This document shows, piece after piece, positions 46,531 to 54,538 of a stretch of 64,000 nt of DNA (positions are counted from its first letter, which is position 1; every line of letters begins with the position of its first letter). The notes below the pieces were generated by a model. It searched no databases. It was not told the origin of the DNA and saw nothing but the letters and a program-made list of their open reading frames with translations. Both the position numbers and the translations under genes were made by a program. Source of the DNA: an uncultured bacterium (lineage in GTDB: Bacteria > Auribacterota > Erginobacteria > Erginobacterales > CAZKCI01). The stretch spans positions 32,886 to 96,885 of the forward strand of contig CAZOYW010000007.1 in NCBI GenBank assembly GCA_964584165.1, given 5' to 3'.

Positions 46531-46896
46531 CTATTTCAGAACAATGGATAGAATACCCACAAGTAGCCCTATAATGCTTGCAATCGCTCCCCAAGTTTGT
46601 AGATTTACATCAATCTCGGGATATTTATCTCTAATATATTTCGCCAATATAATACCTCCAACGCAGGAACCCCCTACAAGAACAAGCAGGAATGCTGTCT
46701 TGATCAATATTGGGCCTATATTATAGCTTGGCAAAGGTGTTCCTAGCGAAGATTCCCAAATGTAGACTATTGGCCGAACAAGTGCTCCATGCCGCGTTGC
46801 AGGGAAAAACACTGCTAATATTAGCAATAATAGCAATACTGCAATTGTGCACAAACATCCAAACTGATCTGTTTTATTAAAATTGCTTCTAAACAT
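46531..46896 (-). CDS. small membrane protein (3-4 TM)
   Basis: 121 aa. Hydrophobic segments CLCTIAVLLLLLILAVFF, AFLLVLVGGSCVGGIIL, AIASIIGLLVGILSIVL. Confidence 0.45.
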   Translation of the reverse strand: MFRSNFNKTDQFGCLCTIAVLLLLLILAVFFPATRHGALVRPIVYIWESSLGTPLPSYNIGPILIKTAFLLVLVGGSCVGGIILAKYIRDKYPEIDVNLQTWGAIASIIGLLVGILSIVLK

Positions 46897-47013
46897 AAAT
46901 ATGCCCTTTTAGTTTCAGCGAGATATGCTCGCTAATATCGACACCGCCTCTGCCAACGTCCTCGACCGCTTCAACCTGTTCATAAGCGTCAGGCAGGGGA
47001 CCTGACTACCTGA

Positions 47014-47817
47014 CTACAGTGCATTTGCCAATGTCTTCGCCCGGATCAGCCGATCCAGCAAAGCCAGGCGCGGGGCCTGGATATTGACCTTCGGCGAGGA
47101 ATCTACCGGACCAACCCTCTTGGGGCGGCCTTTGAGCAACACGATATATTTCCCTGACTTGCGCCAGGGCTTGATCTTCCGGATGCGGCCATAATGGGTC
47201 ACTTGCTTGATGGGCGAGGTAAGGTAAATCGCAAGGTATTTCAGCCTCGGGATGACCCGCTTGGAAAGGCGGATGGCATACCAACGGTTTTTGCCCAGGA
47301 ACTCCTTCTCGAACCCATCCTTGTGAGCCGGGCAGACAAGCGTGTCATACTCCCCTCTTCGCCGGCGGACATCACAGCTTGAAGATACCTTCTTCGGAAC
47401 GCCTCCGGTGATATCAGCCAACTCGCGCCGCTGGGACTGAACGATCCGGCTCTTGAACACCCGGTAAAGATCGCGCGAGGCGGTGATTTTCCCTGAAACC
47501 CGATTCCCTTTGGGCGAGGCTATCCTCAGAACCAGCGACTCAAGCTCCCGCAAATGCTCGTCGCCCTGAGTCAGATAGATGCTGAACCGGTCCCATTCCT
47601 CGGCATGGCGATCCTTGAGGTGGCCATGCAGCCTTGATCGAAGGTTCCGGGCCAGGCCGACGTAGTAGAGGCTATCCCCGGCATAAAGAGCATATACCCC
47701 GCTCTTCCCCCGGGCGAATTCGGTAATGATATCCGGATATCTTTTTATCGCCGTCCGGGCGATGTTCTCCAAATGCTCGACGACGAGCGGGGCTTTCCCA
47801 ATCCGTTTTCTTCTCAC
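47014..47817 (-). CDS. GIY-YIG nuclease-domain protein with ~170-aa C-terminal domain
   Basis: GVYALYAGDSLYYVGLARNLRSRLHGH (GIY-YIG). Cys/His pair CDVRRRRGEYDTLVCPAH. Degraded copies of its 3' end elsewhere in the island. Confidence 0.6.
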   Translation of the reverse strand: MRRKRIGKAPLVVEHLENIARTAIKRYPDIITEFARGKSGVYALYAGDSLYYVGLARNLRSRLHGHLKDRHAEEWDRFSIYLTQGDEHLRELESLVLRIASPKGNRVSGKITASRDLYRVFKSRIVQSQRRELADITGGVPKKVSSSCDVRRRRGEYDTLVCPAHKDGFEKEFLGKNRWYAIRLSKRVIPRLKYLAIYLTSPIKQVTHYGRIRKIKPWRKSGKYIVLLKGRPKRVGPVDSSPKVNIQAPRLALLDRLIRAKTLANAL

Positions 47818-48078
47818 TTGGCATCTCCTTTCACAATCCCAATCGCTTCCTCCGTCAGTTCAAATAGCTCATAATGACCGAACTTGTACAGGCGGGAAGG
47901 TTGCGCTCGAAGACTTCGACCAGGCGTTGGATCTTGTCCGAGGCGGGCATGGTCTATACCGGAGGGTTGTTTATAATCATACAAATCCCCGTTTTCCAAT
48001 TCCATAAGATATTCCATTACATAATATATTCCAGTTCCCCCCTCCCTCCTATTCATAGCCCCCCCCGCCTGCTCCCCC

Positions 48079-48463
48079 TGGGACACTTCCTGTCCGATCG
48101 GACAAGGTTTGTCCACTTTTGATCGGGAATGGAGGATTTCCGGCCCCCCCAACCCAGCATTGATCTGGGACAACTCGTGTCCGATCGGACAGGGTTTGTC
48201 CACTTTTGAGCAGGAATGGAGGGTTTCTGGCCCCCCCAACCCAGCATTGATCTGGGACAACTCGTGTCCGATCGGACAGGGTTTGTCCACTTTTGAGCAG
48301 GAATGGAGGGTTTCTGGCCCCCCCAACCCAGTATCGAGCTGGGACAACTCGTGTCCGATCGGACAAGGTTTGTCCGTTTTTGATCGGGGAACGAGGGCTT
48401 TTCCTGCTCCAAACCCACCCATTGAGTTGGGACAACCCATGTCCGATCGGACATGGGTTGTCC
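48079..48463. repeat. array of five ~87-bp tandem repeats, each containing the perfect palindrome TGTCCGATCGGACA (last unit a perfect 36-bp palindrome)
   Basis: gggacaactcgtgtccgatcggacagggtttgtcca...cccccccaacccagcattgatct repeated. Lies in the divergent region between the GIY-YIG and PaaX-like genes. Confidence 0.85.
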
Positions 48464-48567
48464 CAATGTCGTCTCCTGATGAGTTCATTGCCCTTGAAAT
48501 CTCTGCAAGAAATATCCGTTCAAAAGAGTCCTTATAGTAGGGCGGGCAATGTCCGCATGAGCGCCGA

Positions 48568-49356
48568 TTGCCCCTCCATCGCGGAGACGCGCGGATGCCA
48601 ACCGTTGCCGAAGATATCCTGATGCTCCTCGCCGAGGGAGCGTTCCGGCTCCTGACTTTCCGCTCCCTGTTCACGCTCGACTGGGGGTTCAGCTCTCCGG
48701 CTTATCGCAAAACGATCACCCGGCTCGAAAAAGACGGCGCGGTCCGGCGGGTGCAACATAGACGCGACGTGTATCTTCATCTCACCGATCGAGGCAGAAA
48801 AATTCTGGAACAACGCCGTCCTCCCCCGAGAAAATCCCCGCCGACCTGGGATCGTCTCTGGCGGCTGGTGATCTTCGATATCCCGGAGAAAAGAAACGAG
48901 GACCGCCTTCTGCTCCGTCGGTATTTGACGGCATCGGGGTTCGCAAAAGTGCAAAAGAGCGTTTGGATCGCTCCCTATGACCGCGAAGAACAAGTGCAGG
49001 AGTTCACCCGAAAAATCGATATCCAACGCTATGTATTGCAGCTGACGTTTAAAAAATTCCGCAACCTCGAGGAGCGGGATTTAGCCGCGTCGTTCTGGGA
49101 TATCCAAGGTCTGCAAGTTCGCTACCAGGAACTGATCCAACGCTACGCGAAAAGAATGGCCGTGCTCCCGGCAGGGACAAGGGGGGCGGCGATTGGGCGC
49201 AGACAGTTCTTGAACGATCTGCTCTGGGATTACCAAACTATCCTGGCCTTAGACCCTCAACTGCCGACCGAGCTGCTTCCGGCGAACTGGAGCGGCGCGG
49301 CCGCGAAGCAGTTCGTGAATCGCTGCCGCACCCTTTTCTCCAGCGGCCCTGTGTAG
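48568..49356 (+). CDS. PaaX-family winged-helix transcriptional regulator
   Basis: WDRLWRLVIFDIPEKRNEDRLLLRRYLTASGFAKVQKSVWIAP matches the PaaX C-domain consensus. N-terminal wHTH. The start may be ATG 48595. Confidence 0.6.
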   Translation: MPLHRGDARMPTVAEDILMLLAEGAFRLLTFRSLFTLDWGFSSPAYRKTITRLEKDGAVRRVQHRRDVYLHLTDRGRKILEQRRPPPRKSPPTWDRLWRLVIFDIPEKRNEDRLLLRRYLTASGFAKVQKSVWIAPYDREEQVQEFTRKIDIQRYVLQLTFKKFRNLEERDLAASFWDIQGLQVRYQELIQRYAKRMAVLPAGTRGAAIGRRQFLNDLLWDYQTILALDPQLPTELLPANWSGAAAKQFVNRCRTLFSSGPV

Positions 49357-49385
49357 CGCAATCCGGATATGCGTTGTTGCACGCT

Positions 49386-49507
49386 CGGACAACTTCTGTC
49401 CGATCGGACAGGAGTTGTCCCGATGAAACCAGGTTTTCGGGAGGCAGTTTCCCCCTCTTTCATGCTTGGATTTGGGACAAATCCATCCGATCGGACAGGT
49501 TTGTCCC
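49386..49507. repeat. two further 34-36-bp palindromes of the TGTCCGATCGGACA family, 3' of the PaaX-like gene
   Basis: cggacaacttctgtccgatcggacaggagttgtccc and gggacaaatccatccgatcggacaggtttgtccc. Confidence 0.8.
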
Positions 49508-49532
49508 AAGCCCGAAGCAGGCGGAAAGGGGG

Positions 49533-49780
49533 GATGAGGGATGAGAGATGAGGCATAAGAGATGAGGCATGAGGGATGAGGCATGAGGAACAAGGAGGGG
49601 CGACTGCCGATGCTGGACCGTCCCGGCGCAGGCGGTTTCCCGATTTGGCCCGTGCCGCGACATTCCAGATGGGCGACCGCCGATGCTGGACCGACCCGGC
49701 GCGGGCGGTTTCCCGATCTGGCCCTTGCCGCGACATTCCAGAGGGGCGACTGGCGATGCTGATCCGTGCCGGCGCGGCCT
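49533..49780. repeat. GATGAGG(C/G)AT heptamer run, then 2.5 tandem ~75-bp repeats, upstream of hypE
   Basis: gatgagggatgagagatgaggcataagagatgaggcatgagggatgaggcatgagg; then ggggcgac.gccgatgctggaccg.cccggcgc.ggcggtttcccgat.tggccc.tgccgcgacattccaga.g two times plus a partial copy. Confidence 0.75.
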
Positions 49781-49807
49781 TCCTCGGGGGTGATATACTG
49801 TTGCCCG

Positions 49808-50821
49808 ATGAGCAAGCAGCGGACCATCACTATGGACGACGGGAGCGGGTCGCTCTCCTCCCGGGAGCTCCTCCGGGAGAGCGTCCTCCCCTATCTCCGG
49901 AACCCCGTCCTCAACCGGCTGGAGGACGCGGCCCGCTTCCCGGCGGGGGGCGGGGAGTTCGCCTTCACCACCGACGCCTTCGTGGTCTCGCCAATCGTCT
50001 TCCCGGGCGGGGACATCGGGAAGCTCGCGGTCTGCGGGACGGTCAACGACCTCGCCGTGATGGGCGCCCGCCCCCTCGCCCTCGCCTCCGCCCTCATCCT
50101 CGAGGAGGGCTTCCCACGGGCGCTTCTGGAAAGGATCGTCCGCTCGATGGGAATCTGGGCGAAGCGGGCCGGCGTCCGGATCGTCGCGGGCGACACCAAG
50201 GTGGTGGGAAAGGGGAACGCCGACGGAATCTACATCTCCACCTCCGGCGTCGGCCGGGTGATCATGAAAACGCCCCCGGCGGCGGAGCGGATCCGCCCGG
50301 GCGACCGGGTGATCTCAAGCGGGACGGCCGGCGACCACGGCCTGGCGATCCTGGCCGCCCGGGAGAGGCTCGACATCAGCCCCCAGCTCAAAAGCGACTG
50401 CGCTCCCGTGAACGGACTGATGGAGCGGATGGTCAAATCCGGGGCGGAGATCAAGTTCATGCGCGACCCCACGCGGGGAGGGCTGGCCGCGGTACTCAAC
50501 GAGATCGCCGAGGGGCGGGACTGGGGGATCGGGATCGAGGAACGCTCCGTCCCGGTCCATCCCCGGGTTCGGGCGGCGGCCGAGATACTCGGCCTCGACC
50601 CGCTGGTCCTCGCCGGCGAGGGGAGGATCGTGGCCGTCGCCGCCGATCGGGACGCCCGGAGGCTCGTCGCGGCGATGCGGTCGCATCCCCTGGGGAAACA
50701 GGCGGCCGTCATCGGCGGGATCGTCCGCGGGCATCCCGGCCTGGTCTCCCTGAGGACCCGGGCGGGGGGAGAGCGGGTCATGGACTGGCCCCGGGGCGGC
50801 GACCTGCCGCGGATCTGCTGA
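49808..50821 (+). CDS. hypE: [NiFe]-hydrogenase maturation factor HypE
   Basis: AVCGTVNDLAVMGARP, AGDTKVV, C-terminal ...PRIC. Confidence 0.85.
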   Translation: MSKQRTITMDDGSGSLSSRELLRESVLPYLRNPVLNRLEDAARFPAGGGEFAFTTDAFVVSPIVFPGGDIGKLAVCGTVNDLAVMGARPLALASALILEEGFPRALLERIVRSMGIWAKRAGVRIVAGDTKVVGKGNADGIYISTSGVGRVIMKTPPAAERIRPGDRVISSGTAGDHGLAILAARERLDISPQLKSDCAPVNGLMERMVKSGAEIKFMRDPTRGGLAAVLNEIAEGRDWGIGIEERSVPVHPRVRAAAEILGLDPLVLAGEGRIVAVAADRDARRLVAAMRSHPLGKQAAVIGGIVRGHPGLVSLRTRAGGERVMDWPRGGDLPRIC

Positions 50822-50840
50822 GCGGCTTAGCCCGGCGAAG

Positions 50841-50953
50841 AAAACCACGAATCACACGAATCTTCACGAATAGCCCCGCCCCGGCGCGCGGACCTGAAGG
50901 TCCGCGCCTACGGGATCGCGGATTGCGCGAATCAGACTTGGAACGAATTAACC
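50841..50953. repeat. ACGAAT-heptad repeat element (locus B)
   Basis: aaccacgaatcacacgaatcttcacgaat ... gcggattgcgcgaatcagacttggaacgaat. Confidence 0.5.
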
Positions 50954-50954
50954 C

Positions 50955-51845
50955 ATGGCAGACCAAACGCCATTAATGTTCGAGGAGGAGCGGATTGCGT
51001 CGTGGGTCGGGGCGGCCCTCGCCGCCTCGATCCTCCTCCACCTCCTCTTCGCCCTCGGCCTCTCCCGGATCGCGCTCAGCCGCCCACCTTCCGCACCCCC
51101 GGAGAAGACAGTCCGGGTGGAGTTCGTGGACTCGCCCCAGCGGGTCGCCCCCAAGGAAAAAGAGGTTCCCACCAACTTGATCTCGGAGAAGGCCTCCGCC
51201 GTCCAGGACGTCATCCCTGGCAAGGACGAGGCCGGGGAACTCCCCCGGGCCGCCGGAGAGGTCCCCGGGAAGAGCGTCCGGAAGGTGCCGGCGGGGCAGT
51301 CGGTCCCCGTGAGGGCGCCGAGCTGGGAGACCGCCTTCCCGGACAAGAAGCAGCCGGAGGCCGACGGGCTGGCCGTCAAGAAGGTCCCCCGGCAGGAGGA
51401 GCAACCCTCCCGCGATCAGGCGAGCGCGCCCGGGGACGAGAGCCCCTTCCACCTCCAGGGGATGGACGCCTACCTCTCGCCCGAGTCCGAGATCCCGGAG
51501 GGGAAGGCGGCGATCCTGAAGCAGGTGGCCTTCAACACCCTCTCCCCGGAGGTGGCCCAGTATCTCGCCCGGATCCGGCCCCGGATCACCAACCTCTGGC
51601 ACTTTGCCATCCTGGCCAACACCTTCCACGTCCGCTCGGAGAAGACGAGCCTCCTCTTCAAGATCATGCCGGACGGGACGATCGGGAAGCTCGTCCTGAA
51701 CGAGCACAAGGGGCCCGAGTTCGAGATCTACTACTCCGCCAGCGCGATCGAGAATGCCGCCCCCTTCGATCCGCTTTCCAAGGAAATCCTGGAGTACATC
51801 GCAGACGACGGGCTCTGGCTGGAGTTCAACTTCATCTACCATTGA
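50955..51845 (+). CDS. TonB-family protein (N-terminal TM anchor, Pro/Lys-rich linker, TonB-C-like domain)
   Basis: TM WVGAALAASILLHLLFALGL. C-terminal ...FHVRSEKTSLLFKIMPDGTIGKLVLNEHKG... resembles the TonB C-domain. Confidence 0.45.
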   Translation: MADQTPLMFEEERIASWVGAALAASILLHLLFALGLSRIALSRPPSAPPEKTVRVEFVDSPQRVAPKEKEVPTNLISEKASAVQDVIPGKDEAGELPRAAGEVPGKSVRKVPAGQSVPVRAPSWETAFPDKKQPEADGLAVKKVPRQEEQPSRDQASAPGDESPFHLQGMDAYLSPESEIPEGKAAILKQVAFNTLSPEVAQYLARIRPRITNLWHFAILANTFHVRSEKTSLLFKIMPDGTIGKLVLNEHKGPEFEIYYSASAIENAAPFDPLSKEILEYIADDGLWLEFNFIYH

Positions 51846-51955
51846 TCTTCGCCCCCGCCCTCCCGGGCGGGGGCGAAGTTCAGGGTTGAACCCTAGCCCG
51901 GTTTATGGATAGGCCATGCATTTCAGCGGAGAGCGCAGTTTGCACAATGTCGCTC

Positions 51956-51986
51956 GTCCCGATCGAATCGAAGATTCGATCGGGGG
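51956..51986. mobile_element. partial copy of the CCCGATCGAATCGAAGATTCGATCGGG palindrome family
   Basis: Same core as 39854-39881. Confidence 0.4.
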
Positions 51987-52092
51987 CGGTTTTCCCTTGC
52001 CCGGGCAGTCGCCGAAACGATATGTTTCCCAAAACCGATGATCCGTGCCACCCGCGGCCCCGCCCGAAGCGGCCGCGGCCCACGGAGGAGAC

Positions 52093-52926
52093 ATGTTCCG
52101 CGTCGCCCATGCTCAACGCCTTCACCCGCAGGCCGTCCTCCTCAGGATCGAGGCGCCCGAGATCGCCCGGAGACGCCGCGCCGGCCAGTTCGTCGTTGTC
52201 CGCCCGGACGAGAGGGGCGAGCGGATCCCCCTGACCATCATGGATTCCGATCCCCGGGAGGGGACGATCACGCTGGCCGTGCAGGAGGTGGGGGCGACCA
52301 CGAGGAAACTGGGACGGCTGAAGGTGGGAGACCGCATCGCGGACGTGATCGGACCGCTCGGCCACCCGACCGAAACCCCCCGGGTCGGCGAGGTGGCCTG
52401 CTTGGCCGGCGGGATCGGCGCGGCCGAGGCCCTCCCGGTGGTCAAGGCCCTCCGGGAGGCGGGCAACCGCGTGACCGCGATCGTCGGCGCCCGGACCCAC
52501 GACCTCCTTATCCTGGAGGAAGAGATGCGGCGGGCGGCCGACCGCCTGATCGTCACCACCGACGACGGCACCTACGGCAAGCACGGGCGGGTGACCGACG
52601 CCCTCCTGGAGATGATCAACGACGGCAGCATCCCCCAGCTGGTCTACGCCATCGGCCCGGTTCCCATGATGCGGTCGGTGGCCGACCTCACCCGCCCCTA
52701 CGCGATCCGGACCATCGTCTCCCTGAACCCCCTGATGGTGGACGGGACCGGGATGTGCGGGTGCTGCCGGGTGACGGTCGGGGGGAAGACCCGCTTCGCC
52801 TGCGTCGACGGGCCGGAGTTCGACGGCCACGCGGTCGATTTCGACGAGCTCGCCCGGCGGCAGGGAGCGTATCTCGAGGAGGAAAAACGATCCCTGGAGG
52901 CCGGGGCGGGCAAACCGGGCGTTTAG
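52093..52926 (+). CDS. NfnA/SudB-type FAD/NAD(P)-binding oxidoreductase small subunit with [2Fe-2S] motif
   Basis: PyrK-like fold. GTGMCGCCRV...FACVDGPEFDGHAVDF. GGAGGAG RBS. Confidence 0.75.
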   Translation: MFRVAHAQRLHPQAVLLRIEAPEIARRRRAGQFVVVRPDERGERIPLTIMDSDPREGTITLAVQEVGATTRKLGRLKVGDRIADVIGPLGHPTETPRVGEVACLAGGIGAAEALPVVKALREAGNRVTAIVGARTHDLLILEEEMRRAADRLIVTTDDGTYGKHGRVTDALLEMINDGSIPQLVYAIGPVPMMRSVADLTRPYAIRTIVSLNPLMVDGTGMCGCCRVTVGGKTRFACVDGPEFDGHAVDFDELARRQGAYLEEEKRSLEAGAGKPGV

Positions 52927-53026
52927 GGGTTACCGGGCGAGGCCCGAAGGGTAGCCGCGGACATTGGCTTCGCCTTCACACCATTGTTTGAACGCGATTA
53001 ACCTCACGCAAAAAGGAGAACCCATC

Positions 53027-54367
53027 ATGGCGGCGCCGTTCAAGGCTTACGATATCCGCGGAATCTACGGAAAGGACGTCACCGACTCATTGGCCTACGA
53101 CCTGGGGCGGGCCTTCGCGAACTACCTCCCGGGCAAGACGGTCGTGGTCGGGCGGGACATGCGCCCCGCCGGCGAGACCCTGCAGAAAAACCTGGTCCAG
53201 GGGCTGACCGAGCAGGGGGCCAAGGTCATCGACATCGGCTTGGCCTCAACCGACATGTTTTACTTCGCCGTCATCGCGAAAAAGGCGGACGGCGGGGTGA
53301 TCATCACCGCCTCGCACAACCCGGCCCAGTACAACGGCTTCAAGCTGACCCGGGAGAAGGCGATCCCGATCGGGATCGATTCCGGCCTGGCTGAGATCGA
53401 GAAGACCGTCCGCGCCGGCCGCTTCCCGGAAGCGGCCCGGAAGCCCGGGAAGGTCGTGAAGTGCGAGATCTTAGGCGACTTCATCGCCTTCATGCACGGC
53501 TTCGTCAAGCCGAAGGAGCTCGCGCCCCTCAAGGTCGTAATCGACTGCGGCAACGGCATGGGCGGCCTGGTCATCCCCAAGCTGCTCGCGGGGAGCCCGC
53601 TTAAGATCGTCCCCCTCTACTTCGAGCTCGACGGGACCTTCCCCCACCACGAGGCCAATCCCCTCCTGGAGGAGAACCGCCGGGACCTGATCGCGGCCGT
53701 CCTCAAGGAGAAGGCCGACCTGGGGATCGGCCTGGACGGCGACACCGACCGGGCCTTCTTCGTGGACGACACGGGCGCCTTCTGCTCGGCCGATTTCATC
53801 CTCGGCCTGCTCGCCAAGCCGATCCTCCGGGCCCATCCCGGGGCCAAGATCGCCTACGACGTCCGCTGCTCCAACTACGTCCGCGACACCGTGAAGAAGT
53901 ACGGCGGGACGGCCCACATGGGCAAGGTGGGCCACGCTTATGCCAAGATCTTCATGCGCGAGATCGGCGCCGAGTTCGGCGGCGAGGTCAGCGGGCACTA
54001 CTACTACAAGTACCAGGACGCCTTCTTCGACAGCGGGAACCTGACCTGCCTCCTCCTCCTCAAGGTCTTAAGCGAGAAGAAGGAGAAGCTCTCGGCCGCC
54101 TTGGCCGAGACCAGGAACTACCACATCAGCGGGGAGATCAACTCCACGGTCAAGGATCCCGACGCCGCGATCCGGCGGGTCCTGGAGGGCTTCCGGCCCC
54201 GGGGCAGGCTGGTCGAGATCGACGGGGTGTCCGTGATCGGGCCGACCTGGTGGCTGAACGTCCGCAAGTCCAACACCGAGCCCCTGGTCCGGCTGAACTG
54301 CGAGGCCGACAGCAAAGCGAACATGGAGAAGCTCCGGGACGAGGTCCTGACTCTGATCCGGGCCTGA
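53027..54367 (+). CDS. phosphoglucomutase/phosphomannomutase (alpha-D-phosphohexomutase family)
   Basis: AYDIRGIYG; active-site TASHNP; AAAGGAG RBS. Confidence 0.85.
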   Translation: MAAPFKAYDIRGIYGKDVTDSLAYDLGRAFANYLPGKTVVVGRDMRPAGETLQKNLVQGLTEQGAKVIDIGLASTDMFYFAVIAKKADGGVIITASHNPAQYNGFKLTREKAIPIGIDSGLAEIEKTVRAGRFPEAARKPGKVVKCEILGDFIAFMHGFVKPKELAPLKVVIDCGNGMGGLVIPKLLAGSPLKIVPLYFELDGTFPHHEANPLLEENRRDLIAAVLKEKADLGIGLDGDTDRAFFVDDTGAFCSADFILGLLAKPILRAHPGAKIAYDVRCSNYVRDTVKKYGGTAHMGKVGHAYAKIFMREIGAEFGGEVSGHYYYKYQDAFFDSGNLTCLLLLKVLSEKKEKLSAALAETRNYHISGEINSTVKDPDAAIRRVLEGFRPRGRLVEIDGVSVIGPTWWLNVRKSNTEPLVRLNCEADSKANMEKLRDEVLTLIRA

Positions 54368-54380
54368 CGCGGCCGGGAAA

Positions 54381-54510
54381 AGAAACCACGAATCCCGCGA
54401 ATCTTCGCGAATATGTCCGGCTGGGCCCGGCGACCGAAAACGCGGATTAGCGCCGGCCGACCGGCAGGGATTCCACGGATTGATCGCGAACGATTGATCG
54501 CCGCCGGGCT
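54381..54510. repeat. ACGAAT-heptad repeat element (locus C)
   Basis: aaccacgaatcccgcgaatcttcgcgaat ... cacggattgatcgcgaacgattgatcg. Confidence 0.5.
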
Positions 54511-54538
54511 AGAACATCCAGGAAAGGAGAAGAAGACC

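Noticed and set aside
48079-48463. Possible CRISPR array (regular ~87-bp period with a palindromic 36-bp 'repeat')
   Set aside because: The putative spacers are near-identical between units rather than unique. There are no cas genes nearby. I interpret it as a tandem operator/iteron array.
47814-48674. 286-aa minus-strand ORF across the palindromic repeat array
   Set aside because: Its protein sequence is a repetitive translation of the tandem DNA repeats (KPCPIGHELSQ x4), and it overlaps the PaaX-like gene start.
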